A model generated the notes under the pieces. The model saw only the letters and a list, made by a program, of their open reading frames with translations. It ran no database searches and was not told the DNA's origin. A program made the position numbers and the translations under genes. DNA of 64,000 bases from Octopus sinensis. Its lineage: Eukaryota. Shown in pieces: positions 23,401-35,563 of this stretch (positions are counted from its first letter, which is position 1; each line of letters starts with the position of its first letter). The stretch is taken from assembly GCF_006345805.1 (NCBI RefSeq), contig NC_042999.1, positions 149,048,001 to 149,112,000 of the forward strand, given 5' to 3'.

Positions 23401-26400
23401 GCAGTGGTAAGAGCTCTCTGAACTTTGCCCAAGCTATTCTTATTCTAGCAGCTACACTTTCAGTGCATCCACCTCCACTACTGACTTGGTCACCTAGGTA
23501 ATGGAAGCTATCAACTACTTCTAGTTTTTCTCCCTGGAATGTAGCGGAAGTTGGTCTCTGCCATGTTTATTGCTCCCGAGCATCTGCCACATACAAAAGC
23601 TATCTTCCCAGTTAACCTTCCTTTGATATGACTGCACCTCTTATGTGTCAATACACTGGGTACATCTTATAGAGTTTCTACCTACGCCTCTACTACAGAT
23701 TGGACAGGGCCATCTACCTGAAGGGATTTGTAGTTTGCCTGCCTTCCTACATATTAAGACTTTGGTTTTAGCTAGGTTGATTCTAAGGCCCTTCGATTCT
23801 AATCCTTGTTTCCACTCTTGAAACTTCTCCTCTAGTTCTGATAGTGACTCAGCAATAAGAGCAAGGTCATCAGCATAGAGGAGCTCCCAGGGGCATCCTG
23901 TCTTGAATTCCTCTGTTATTGCCTGGAGGACTATGATAATAGGTGGGGGCTGGGGACTGAACCTTGGTGGACCCCTACCTCTACCCTGAATTCTTCAGTG
24001 TACTCGTTGCCAACCCTCACCTTACTTACAGCGTCCCTGTACATGGCTTGCACAGCTCTCACTAACCATTCATCTATCCCATTGACCACCAGATAAGGGA
24101 TCGGGGGACCCTGTCAAAGGCTTTCTCCATGTCAACGAAAGCCAGGTACAGGGGCTTATCCTTGGCTAGGTATTTCTCCTGCAGCTGTCTCACCAGAAAT
24201 ATGGCATCAGTGGTGCTTTTTCCTGGCACAAAACCAAACTGCATCTCATCCAAGCTGACTCTCTCCCTAATCAGTTGGGCTATGACCCTCTCCGTAACCT
24301 TCATTACCTGATCCAACAGCTTGATACCTCTGTAATTATTTGTATCTAAAGTGTCACCTTTACCTTTGTAGCAGTTGACTATTATGCTGCCACACCAGTA
24401 ATTGGGTATGACTCCTTCGTGTATCACCTGGTTAACTATACGGGTGACTAGGCTATAGCCAACACTGCCAGATATTTTGAGCATCTCTGCAGCAATTCCT
24501 GATGGGCCTGGAGCTTTCCCTGTCTTCATGCTTCTAATATATATATATATATATACATACATATATATGACGGGCTTCTTTCAGTTTCTGTCTACCAAAT
24601 CCACTCACAAGGCTTTGGTCGGCCAGAGGCTATAGTAGAAGACACTTGTCCAAGGTGCCATGCAGTGGGACTGAACCCGGAGCCATGTGGTTGGTACTTA
24701 AAAACGTTGAGGTTAATAAGACCCCAAAACTATAATTATACAGAGATGACCCAAAGTTACCTGACAGTAAATAAAAACCATTTAATTCCAAGATTAAAAA
24801 AAATTATTTTATTTGCAACTTAGCTAATAAATAGACAAATGTTGCAAAAAGAAAAAAAACGATGATTTTAACTCATAGCATTCAATTATTAAACATTCAT
24901 AATTGGAATGAATAAATGAAATGGAATATTAAGTAATTATCAAATTTTGATTTATTGTGGGTGACTTTTGGCCAACCCTATATATAATAATTCGTCATCA
25001 TCAATTAATGTCTGTTGTCCATCTGGCATGGGTTAACAGTTTGACTGGGCTGGCATGCTGGAAGGCTGCACCAGGCTCCAGTCTGATTTGGCATGGTTTT
25101 CTACAGCTGGATGCCCTTCCTAACACCAACCACTGTGTAATGGGTGCTTTTACTTGCCACTGGCCTGGGTGCTATTTGTGCGGTACCGGCATCTGCCATG
25201 ATTGTGATTTTGCTCGGTTTGATGGGTCTTCTCAAGCACAACACAATGCCAAAGGTCTTGGTCATTGTCTCTGTGAGGCCCAACACTTGAAAGGAACTCG
25301 GCCACTTTGCCCCCATGAGACCCAACACTCAGCCACTTTACCCCCATCAGTCCCAATACTTGAAAGGAACTCAGCCACTTTGCCTCCACGAGGCTCAAAG
25401 CTTGAAATTTTTGTGGAGGAGACTGGTCAGTTACTTCAACACCAATGCTTGACTGGTATTAATTTCATTGACCCCCCAAAAGGATGAAAAGCAGAATTTG
25501 AAGCCAGAAGAAGTGCTGTTAAGCACCTTGTCCAGTATGGTAAAGATTCCAGCCTGCTTGTCACCTTATATAAGCCTAATCAATCAATGAGTATTCATGT
25601 AATTTTTAATAATGAAAGCATGTGGCTGAGTGGTTAGGGTGTTTAGCTCATAATCATAAGGTTATGAGTTCAATTTCTGGACTGAGCAGTACATTGTATT
25701 CATGGGTATAGCATGCCATTTCATGTTGTTTCAGTCTACTTGGGTGAAAATGATTATTGTCCAAGTGCTAGAGCAGCCTCTTCTCCCTCCTGCTGTCACA
25801 TCTTCAATGTTTCACCGGGTTAAGAAAGTGGAGGGCTGAGTTGGTGTCTATATTTTCTCCCAACTGCAGAGGCTCCTTAAATAATTATGGAAGCATGATA
25901 CAGGCTACCATGTCATATTCACTTGTGAGTGATGGTTAAACTGATGTTCTTTCTTTTTCTTTTATTCTTTTACTTGTTTCAGTCATTTGACTGCGGCCAT
26001 GCTGGAGCACCGCCTTTAGTCGAGCAAATCGACCCCGGGATTTTTCTTTGTAAGCCCAGTACTTATTCTATCGGTCTCTTTTGCCGAACCGCTAAGTGAC
26101 GGGGTCATAAACATACCAGCATCGGTTGTCAAGCAATGCTAGGGGGACAAACACAGACACACAAACACACACACACATATATATATATATACATATATAC
26201 GACAGGCTTCTTTCAGTTTCCATCTACCAAATCCACTCACAAGGCATTGGTCGGCCCGGGGCTATAGCAGAAGACATTTGCCTAAGATGCCACACAGTGG
26301 GACTGAACCCGGAACCATGTGGTTGGTTAGCAAGCTACTTACCACACAGCCACTCCTGCACCTATATGTTCTTTAGATTTCAACAATATAGTTAGCTGCA

Positions 26401-29400
26401 TTGTAGTTTTTGTACATGACTGTAGTGTTTCACTAATAAACTATATTCTTTTCTACTCTAGGCACAAGGCCTAAAATTTTTGGGGAGGGGGCCAGTCGAT
26501 TAGATCAACCCCAGTATGCAACTGGTACTTGATTTATCGACCCCCGAAAGGATGAAAGGCAAAGTTGACTTTGGCAGAATTTGAACTCAGAACATAAAGA
26601 CAGACAAAATACTGCCAAGCATTTTGCCCTGCATGCTAACGTTTCTGCCGGCTTACCACCTTTGCCCTGACTTAAATATTCTTTTCTACTCTAGGCACAA
26701 GGCCCCAAAAGTTTTGGGTAGGGGCCCAGTTGATTAGATCAACTCCAGTACACGACTGGTACTTAATTTATCGACCCCAAAAGGATGAAAGGCAAAGTTG
26801 ACCTCGGCGGAATTTGAATTCAGAATGTAAAGACAGATGAAATACTGCTAAGAATTTCGCCCGGCGTGCTAACATATCTGTCAGCTCGTTGCCTTAAAAT
26901 AGTTATATTCTTTTCTACTCTAGGAACAAGGCCCGAAATTTTTGAGGAGGGGGTGGCCAGTCAATTAGATCAACCACAGTATACAACTGGTACTTAATTT
27001 ATTGACCCCCAAAAGGATGAAAGCCAAAGTCAGCCTCAGCGGAATTTGAACTCAGAACGTAAAGACAGAAGGAATACCGCTAAACATTTTGCCCAGCATG
27101 CTAATGTTTCTTCTGTTTTACTAATAAACTATATTGTTGATGATGAGTGTTATTGGTGTTTAACCTCACAACAGCATTGATTGAGATGCATGTCCAAAGG
27201 CATTCCAGTTTTGACCAATCTGGTATTTTATTATTATTTTTTTTGTTATAATGTGCCATGGTCTACACTATCCAGTGTGTCTTTCCTATTTTAGAGCAGT
27301 TTGTGTGAGTTGAGGAAGATTTGGCTGCTATTTCTAGCAGTTCATACAATCCCGTTGAGTAGTCATGGGCAATCTGCAGCCTACAGAATATTCTGAATGG
27401 CACACATAAACAAAAAATTACCTTGAATTCTTTAGTAATGCTGCCCACCTGGTAATGAGCCATGTCTCATGTGGCCTGTTTCTCACAAAAGGTGCCCATA
27501 CCTGCTGTAGAGGCTCCTACAGTTACATATAATCCTTTCTACTATAGGCCCAAATCCTGAATTTTGGGGAAGGGGGCCAGTTGTTTAGATCGACTCCAGT
27601 ATGCAACAGGTACTTAATTTATCGACCCCAAAAGGATGAAAGGCAAAGTCGACCTCAGTGGAATTTGAACCCAGAACGTAGTGATGGTCGAAATACAGCT
27701 AAGCATTTCGCCCAGTGTGCTAATGATTCTGCCATCTACAGTTCCATTTAATGTTGTGACATTGTAGTTATGTATTCAGGTGTTTTACATTAACTTTTTA
27801 CATTACAGTTCTTTCAATTTCTATTTTTGATTTCAAAATCTTTTCTTTTCCTTTGCAGAAAGGCTTTCAGTGTAAATTTACATATGTATGTCAAGGAGGA
27901 ACCAAAGAGGTATGTTTCTAATATTTTAGATTTAAATTTCAAATGAAGATTTTATAAAGTTTATAAGCTGAAGATGTGTGAAGGTAAATGGCTTAGTGGT
28001 TAGGGTCTTCAGCTCATGATTGTAAGGTTGTGAGTTTAATTCCCAATGTCGCTTTGTGTCCTTGAGCAAGACGCTTTATTTCCTGTTGCTCCAGTTCACT
28101 CAGCTGGCAAAAATGGGTGGCAAAAATTCTGTCATGCTGAATCTCTCTGAGAACTGTGTTAAAGGTATGTGTGTCTGTGAAGTACTCAGCTCTTCTCTTA
28201 GGCCTCCGTTGGTCATGGCTGACCATGGATGATGTCATTCATCCGTTGAGTTGTCTATTCAGTTTTTGCAATGCCTCCTATGGCTGTAGAGACCGATGCG
28301 AGAGTGGCAGTCTCGTTTGCAGCGGTCATACCTATACGTTGAATCTGGTCTGTTGGCTGTCATTTTTTTTCTGCAGGCATGGTTTTCAGCTGCCGCCACC
28401 CACAAATTCTCTTTGCCAGTCTGCAGTTGTTTGTGAAGAGTGCCTCTCCAGCTGGTTCGGTTGGCTGCGAGATTCTCCCAAGAATTGGTGTTGATGCCAA
28501 GTGCCTTCATATCCCTCCTGCACACATCCCTGTACCTCAGCTTCGGGTGGCCAATTTTTCTCCGCCCTGCGACAAGCTCGCCGAAGAGGATATCCTTTGG
28601 GATCCGACCATCTTCCATACGGCGAACATGGCCAAACCAGTGCAGCTGACGTTGTCTTAGCATGGTGAGCATGCTCACCTTACTCAGCTACTGGAGCCCT
28701 CATGAAGTGTCGATCACTGAAAGTGGATGATACCTGTGGAAGAGGATGACCCGAGGAGACATGGGATGAAGTGGTAAGGACTGATCTCAGAAAGTTGGGC
28801 CTCATGGAGGAAATGACAATGGACTGAAATGTCTGGCGATATGAAGTTCTTGAGAAGACCCTTCCACGTGAGCGAAAATGAGTTCTAGAAGTGCTGTGTG
28901 TCCCACCTACACTTGACAAGAAAACTTCTCACACACTCTACCACAACAAACCAAACTATGTCTTTGCATCTCTCCTCTTCCTCACATTTCCACTTCATGT
29001 ACTATAATTACCTCCCACTTCCCAATCCTGTCCTCTTGGCCCTGTGCCACTGTATCATTGTTCTCCGCTAGCCCCCAACCTGTGTGTTCTACCCACATGT
29101 CCTGTCTCACTCTATTATTGCTATCTGCTAGCCCCCGACCTCGGTCAGCCTGGGGCTATAGCAGAAGACACTTGCCCAAAGTGCACGCAGTGGGACTGAA
29201 CCTGAAACCACGTAACTTGGAAGCAAGCTTCCTAACCACACAGCCATGCCCGTGCCTACTAAAATGTATGTACATAAGCGCAGCACTATTCATGTGGCGA
29301 GCTTTCTACAGCTGGATGCCCTTCCTGACGCCATATATTTGGTGAGTTGTAATGAGATTGTGGTCACATGACCTGATAGATATAGAGACAGTTACAGTTT

Positions 29401-32400
29401 GTTATAGATTTTAGTTTGGAGGTGGGAAAGAGGTGTTTCTCAATGGTGTTCAGGGTATCTCAATGTCAATCTGAGATACATATAGGGGATGAGGCAAGTT
29501 GGAAAGAGAGTTGATAGCAAAAATATTTGGTTTCTGAGCTGGTAGTATTGATATGAGATGAGTGAGAGAGGGGTTATCATAATAAAAGGAATTTTCAGGA
29601 TAAAAAGAGAATATTTACTAATAATAGAGTTAAATATATTATAAAAGCTAATTTCATGACCTGCATGTGCACATACATAACACACACACACTCGTGCAGT
29701 TGTGTGTAAGTTATGCGGACACACACACACACACAGGCATGCACACACATCTTCATTAATATAAGCCTCACTGTGAAAGTAGGCCCCATGGTTAATTCAC
29801 AGGGTTTGTTTTTACACTGAGTTGAAATATGTATCTTTATGAAACATATTTACGTGACTCGTCAAGCATAATTTATTCATAGCCCAAACTGTATTAGTAC
29901 TCTAGCTTATTACCAGGAAAAGTTGGTTCCAAGATAATAGCCATATGTAATAATATAATAATAATAATAATGAAATTATTGTATACAGTACTCAGGTGCA
30001 CCACAACTTGTCAAAAGTGCGTATAAAGCATATGCAGTAATGTACAAATGTCTGGGAAGTGAACAGTGTATGAGTCAGATACATGCTTGCGTGTGTATAG
30101 AGGGGAGAAAATCAGGTATAGTGTTGGCGAATCTCAGGAAGCATGGAAGTTTTGAAGGATGCAGTGCTCCGACAACTAACAACTGATGCTGGCAATTTGT
30201 TCCATACTTCAGCAACTCTTAGCGTGAAAAAATGTTTCCGAAAGTCATGGAGCTGTGCTGTTTTCTGACTTTGTAAACATGTCTACGGGTGTTAGGTGGA
30301 GTTTGAAAAGGTGCTCAGAGTTATTGTTAGTAAGATGGTTAATAATTTTGTGGGTGTCTGCAAGTCAGCTGCCAGACGTCGGAGTTTCAATGTATTCATG
30401 CACATGTTTTTGTATCGTAAATTAATTTGTAAAATCGTTGAGTCGTTTATATTCCAATGCTATCTCTTTATTTCAGGAATGGATGATCACTTTGAAACGA
30501 AAGAAGAAATCTTTCTCATGTAGTGTTTATCGTCCAAGCGGTTCATCGTACCTGTTCTTTCAAGAGTTCAACCTTCAAATCCAAGGGGCACAAATCCAGG
30601 AAGCCAGTGCTTTTGTAAGTTGTCTTTTCCTGTTTTAATTCATTGAATGATTTCTTCTCGATTTATCTTTTTTTTCTCTTCTATCACCCATAATCCAAAT
30701 CACTTGGGTAACTTTAAAAATAAATAACACAAAAGCCACCACAAAATGTTCTTAATTTTTGCTTAGTAATGATATCATTGATGAAAATATTTTGGTTTTG
30801 TTGGCTTCAATCGTTTTGGCAATATCAGATTGGACACCAAAGTAGTCTGTTAAGCAAACAAGTGAGATAAAAAAACAGAAGCATCTAATTATTTGATGTT
30901 TGGATATATAAGATGGAGGAATGATAGTAGTAGGGCAAAATTCTTAATAGGTTTAATTACTCTGGCAATCTCCAAACTATTATAATAACTATAATTATTA
31001 TAACATTAAACAACTTCTATGCAGACTTAGTGTTTCTAATATATTTTGTTTCATTTTCTTTTATACCAGGGCAATAGCAACGCTCTCAGTGCTGATGAAT
31101 ATCAAATTGACAAATCACAAAATTCTGGTAAGATTTTGAAGTTGTAAATCTTAAAAATGAAAACATGTTACTTATAGGTTGAAAGTGTTGACTTTCTAAC
31201 TGAAAGATTGTGTATGTAAACTTTGTTGTTACTATTATAGTGTGTGTGTTTGATGACGAAGATTGATAGTTTTTTTCTCTGTTATTCTGTATCACTGGAT
31301 GACAAAGGAGCATGAAAAATGTTGAGACACAGTGAAACCATGGAACTCTTGTCAGTGTGGTAAACAGATGTTAGATGATGATGCGTGAGAGATGAGAGGA
31401 TGAATAAGTGGAAAGCTGTATGACCCTATTTATTTCAATCATTTTTGCTGGAATATATAAATGCTGACTGTGTGGTTAAGAAGCTAGCTTAAAACCATAT
31501 GGTTTTGGGTTCAGTCCTCTTGTGACACTTTGGGCAAGGATCTACTTCTATAGGCCCAGATTAACTAACGCTTTGTGAGTGAATTTAGTAGATGGAAATT
31601 GTGTGGAAAGCCTCAGTTATATATATCTGGAATTTGAACCCGTTTTATCTGACTTTGTGCATTTAAATTATAATAAAGTGTTATTAGAATATTAAATGGA
31701 AAATAAAAATGAGTGAATTCAATATTAATCAGGTGAATATATTGGTTCATTTGTTTCAATATGTAGACTCTTCTTTTGTTTGAGTATGTGGTTTGTGCTG
31801 GATCATGTATATTTGTATCTTACTGAATAAGTATAAATTAAAGTGTCTATATCATAAATAGGAGACAAAGACTAAAGCTACTGTACAGATGCATTTATTG
31901 TCCCTTACCGTGCCCTTTGTCGGTTACGAAGACGAGTGTTTCAAGTTTCATAAAACACTCAGAGCTGGTCAAATTGTAAGCAAATAAAAGCCTAAGTTCA
32001 CTGCTTTCTTTCTCGAACTGTCGGTATACTTCAGTATGCAAGCTTTTATAACTTCTATTAACCAAAATTTCATTTCCAAAGCATTATTCAACCCAGGACT
32101 ATGGTAGAATACATGCAATGTTCCATACAGTAAGACTGAATGGCTATTTTTAAATTTTAGGTAATCAAACGGCTGAATCTGAGAACTATAAAATACATCA
32201 GAAAGCCTTTCTACACTCTATATAATTACATAAAATATCAACACATGCATGTATGTATTGGCGAAAGACATACACATTGTTAAGAAAGTGTGAATAAATC
32301 GGTGCATTTCACTGTTCCCCTTAAAAATGAAGTGAACCTCTGATTGGCTTACTGGAAACCTATGTCACAATTTGTTCTCAAATACATAATTTATCAGAAT

Positions 32401-32589
32401 AAAAGTAGCTAGTTACTTCCCTTTATTTTCATCATTTCTTCTAAAGCCTATTTAACTTGTTACCTCCCTTCATTTTTAATTCTCCTTTTCTGTGTTCTTT
32501 CAGTGTCACACGTAAGAGGCAAATTCAAATCAGAACTTACAAAGATAGTAGTCAAGGGTTCATTACAAAAGAAGAAAAAGGAATTATGA
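18386..32589 (+). CDS. MYDGF: Myeloid-derived growth factor (MYDGF/C19orf10, UPF0556) orthologue; join(18386..18523,27859..27909,30477..30614,31070..31127,32504..32589), 156 aa
   Basis: Hand splicing at GT-AG sites gives one open frame: [156 protein letters not shown]. It has an N-terminal signal peptide, the MYDGF motifs FDVxPGG, CxFTYxxQGGTxExW, CxxxRPxGxSYLxF and FKxEL, and an ER-retention-type xxEL end. Confidence 0.93.
18718..19160. repeat. Long imperfect (TA)n tract at the start of MYDGF intron 1
   Basis: Seen directly (~440 bp). Confidence 0.97.
20460..20920. mobile_element. Possible solo LTR
   Basis: GC-richer ~460-bp block starting TGTAATGT and ending ATGTTATA (degenerate TGTAA...TTACA termini); no TSD found. 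Confidence 0.3.
20940..21329. mobile_element. MITE with ~28-bp terminal inverted repeats
   Basis: gaatcttttcagtttgaacggcagtttt (20941-20968) is the near reverse complement of aaaactgccgttcaaaccgaaaagatccc (21301-21329); a related end lies at ~61177-61210. Confidence 0.8.
22270..24535 (-). mobile_element. RTE-clade LINE, 5'-truncated reverse transcriptase pseudogene with 3'UTR, in MYDGF intron 1
   Basis: ORF 24074..24562 KAPGPSGI...YRGIKLL...[15 protein letters not shown]...[12 protein letters not shown]; LLYADDL near 23860-23885; C-terminal [10 protein letters not shown]...[12 protein letters not shown]; (ATG)n tail. Confidence 0.92.
26448..27119 (-). mobile_element. Three tandem family-B SINE copies within one 16-bp TSD
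   Basis: ACTAATAAACTATATT at 26432-26447 and 27120-27135. Confidence 0.85.
27534..27735 (-). mobile_element. Family-B SINE with degenerate 17-bp TSD
   Basis: ctacagttacatataat (27517-27533) vs ctacagttccatttaat (27736-27752). Confidence 0.8.
27859..27909 (+). CDS. MYDGF: MYDGF exon 2 ([17 protein letters not shown])
   Basis: Polypyrimidine tract + ttgcAG acceptor, GTATGT donor at 27910; 51 nt, phase 0-0. Confidence 0.93.
28195..28680 (-). mobile_element. RTE/BovB-like LINE C-terminal fragment in MYDGF intron 2
   Basis: ORF 28259..28678 [25 protein letters not shown]...[15 protein letters not shown]...[12 protein letters not shown]...C..C...[10 protein letters not shown]. Confidence 0.85.
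29950..30410 (-). mobile_element. CR1-like LINE 3' fragment ending just upstream of MYDGF exon 3
   Basis: Reverse complement of ~57690-58130, with an (ATT)n tail. Confidence 0.85.
30477..30614 (+). CDS. MYDGF: MYDGF exon 3 (EWMITL...[14 protein letters not shown]...ASAF)
   Basis: tttcAG acceptor, GTAAGT donor at 30615; 138 nt; overlaps ORF-track entry 30438..30638. Confidence 0.93.
31070..31127 (+). CDS. MYDGF: MYDGF exon 4 ([19 protein letters not shown])
   Basis: Pyrimidine tract + ccAG acceptor, GTAAGA donor at 31128; phase 0-1, compatible with exon 5. Confidence 0.85.
32504..32589 (+). CDS. MYDGF: MYDGF exon 5 coding part ([12 protein letters not shown]...KKKKEL*)
   Basis: Long pyrimidine tract + ttcAG acceptor, phase-1 start, TGA at 32587-32589. 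Confidence 0.9.
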
Positions 32590-32779
32590 TTTTAAACGCA
32601 CTGAAATTCCCTCATGTTCTAAATGGCATTTCTTGGAACTGCCTGTTATTGATCCTGTTTTCAAAACTCAGGAAACTTGTGTGTACGTTTGAGTTTGTAT
32701 GTTTTATGTTTTCATGTATGTATAATATGTTTATAATGTATGTTTATAAATGAAGAATATATTTGAGGTTTTTTTTCTA

Positions 32780-32785
32780 AATAAA
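32780..32785 (+). promoter_or_regulatory. Candidate polyadenylation signal of MYDGF
   Basis: AATAAA ~190 nt after the stop codon in AT-rich sequence; could be chance. Confidence 0.3.
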
Positions 32786-33645
32786 CATTTGAATAATAAT
32801 TTTTAATTTCTTTATTCTTAATTGGGAGGATGTGTTTCTTGACTGAAAAACGAGGGCAGAACGTCCATAAGAATGACTGTTTTAAAAAGAAAATTGTTTC
32901 GGAATTAAATAAGATTTCTGAAGTCAGCAGTACCCAGCCTGCAATCTTGCCAGTCCTTGGAGGGTTCGCAAAGTTTGTGCTGGAGATCTGTAAATTGAGT
33001 TCAAATTTTCTTAAGTAGACATACCTTTCATAAACCAATGATTCATGGGAAAAATCATTTATAAGTAAAGAGTCCTTTATAGCAAAAAAAAAAAAAAGTT
33101 AGGAACCATTCTTTCACGTATAGACTAAGGCAACGCAAACTCTGTTAGTGAATGAGTGAGCCTCTATGTGGTCACTCGACCTGCTAGAAATAGCAGTCAA
33201 ATCCTTAAATAACATTTTGCTGTTTTAAAAAGGATACATCATCATCGTCATTTAATGTCATGTTCCATGCTGGAATGAGCAAAACGGTTTGATAATTCGA
33301 TGGGTCCATCGTGCTCTAATTTCTGCTTGGTTTGTATGGGTTGATGCTTTCCTAAGGCCAACCACTTTTCAGTATGTACTGGGTGTTTTTTTTCATACCA
33401 CCGGCACTATGAGGTCACCATGTAGTTCCTAAGACTATAATGCTTGAGGTTGGGATGGGGATGTCTTTATGCGACAACATTAGGGGTGAAAGAATGAGAG
33501 AAAGGATGCACAGTGTAGGATGACCAGGCTCTTGCAGAGGAGCTACATAGTTACATTTAGAGAAGAGAAGGTAGACATAATTATTGGGAGCTGCAAATCC
33601 AAGTGGCTTCTCAAGGTACAAAGTGAGTAGGAGATATAGATAGGA

Positions 33646-33880
33646 TAAGGCGGCGAGCTGGCAGAAACGTTAGCACACCGGGCGAAATGCGTAGCCGTAT
33701 TTCGTCTGCCATTTCGTTCTGGGTCCAAATTCCGCCGAGGTCGACTTTGCCTTTCATCCTTTTGGGGTCGATAAATTAAGTACCAGTTATGCACTGGGGT
33801 CGATATAATCGACTTAATCTGTTTGTCTGTTCTTGTTTGTCCCCTCTGTGTTTAGCCCCTTGTGGGTAGTAAAGAAATAG
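33646..33880 (+). mobile_element. Full-length monomeric family-B SINE with 14-bp TSD
   Basis: Head GGCGGCGAGCTGGCAGAAACGTTAGC, tail GTAAAGAAATAG; AGATATAGATAGGA at 33632-33645 and 33879-33892. Confidence 0.88.
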
Positions 33881-35563
33881 ATATAGATAGGAATAGGTGG
33901 AATAGAGGGTGGGTAACAACTGTAAAGATTTGATAAGAAAGAACTGCTATAATCGTAATTTAGCCTGATTAGAGTTGACCTGTGGTTATGAAACAATATA
34001 TCCAGCTAAAAGAATATTCTGAAATAAACTAGCATACACAGACTATAGAAGGTAGGGATTATTGTTGTTGCTTAATCCCATGTAAACCCTGATTCAGATA
34101 ATCTATACTGAAAGGATTTCCAATCATGATCAGCCATACTGCTAGGATTTTAAAAGATGTTAAGGTGTGATTTAACTGAGATTTGGCTGCTGTTTCTAGC
34201 AGCTTGAGAGACCATGTAGAAGCTTTTGTGTTGACCCAAGGAAAGGACTGCAATAAACGCTGGTTGTTTAGTTACAAGTTAATCATGACTGAGTAGCCAT
34301 ATGATCAAAGACATTCCAACTATGACCATTCAGTCTTTACAGGGTATGAAGGACCACATTATCAACTGTAGACACCGAGAACAATGGGAAGGTGCATGCT
34401 GAAACACTCAGATCGCAATATCGGCGTCTATTCTCTCTCTCTCTCCCTCTCTTTGTCTCTGTCTGTCTGTCTATCTCTCTCTGAGTAGATTTGGTAGATG
34501 GAAACTGAAAGAAGCTCGTATATATATATATATATATATACACTCACGGAGTGGTTGGTGTTAGGAAGGGCATCCAGCCATAGAAACACTGCCAGATCAG
34601 ACTGGAGCCTGGTGCAGCCTCTGGCTTCCCAGACCCTGGTTGAACCGTCCAACCCATGCTAGCATGGAAAACGGACGTTAAACGATGATGATGATATATA
34701 TATGTGTGTGTGTGTCTGCATTTGCCTCCCTCCAGCATCGCTTGGCAACCGCTGCTGGTGTGTTTACATCCCTGTAACTTAGTAGTTCGGCAAAAGAGAC
34801 CGATAGAATAAGTACTAGGCTTATAAAGAATAAGTCCTGGTGTCGATTTGCTCGACTAAAGACAGTGCTCCAGCATGGCCACAGTCAAATGACTGAAACA
34901 AGTACAAGAATATATATATGTGCAGGTATGGCTATTATGGTCAGAAGTTTGCTTCCCAACCACATGGTTCCTGGTTTAATCCCACTGTGTGGTATCTTGA
35001 GCAAGTGTCTTCTACTACGGTAAATCAAAGCCTTGTGACAGGCGTCTATGTATATATATATTGTGTGTGAGTGTGTGTACGTGCACGTGTGTGTGTGTGT
35101 GTGCGTGCATGTGAGTGTGTGTGCATGCGTGTGGGTACGTGCGTGCTTGTGGTGTGTGTGTGTGTACGTGCGTGTGTGTGTGTACGTGCGTGTTTGTGTG
35201 TGTGTGCGTGCGTGTGTGTATGTGTGTGTGTGTATGTGTGTGTGTGTATAACGTACAGAAAATAAGATAAAGATAGGTAAGCGAACAATAACGTGTATGT
35301 GCCTTTGCTTTTGTTCCACTGCTTGACAACCTGTGTTGGTTCGTTTATATCCCCGAAACCTAGCGGTTCGGCAGAAAGAGAACAATAGAATAAGTACCAG
35401 GCTAAGTAAAAAGCAAGTACTGGGATCGGTTTGTTTGACTAAACACTTCATGGCCGTAGTCTAACGACTGAAACAAGTAAAATATATATAAACGTGTGCG
35501 CGTGTTTGTGTGTGTGTGTGTTTGCGTGTGTGTGTGTGTATGTGTGCGTGCGTGTAGCGAATA

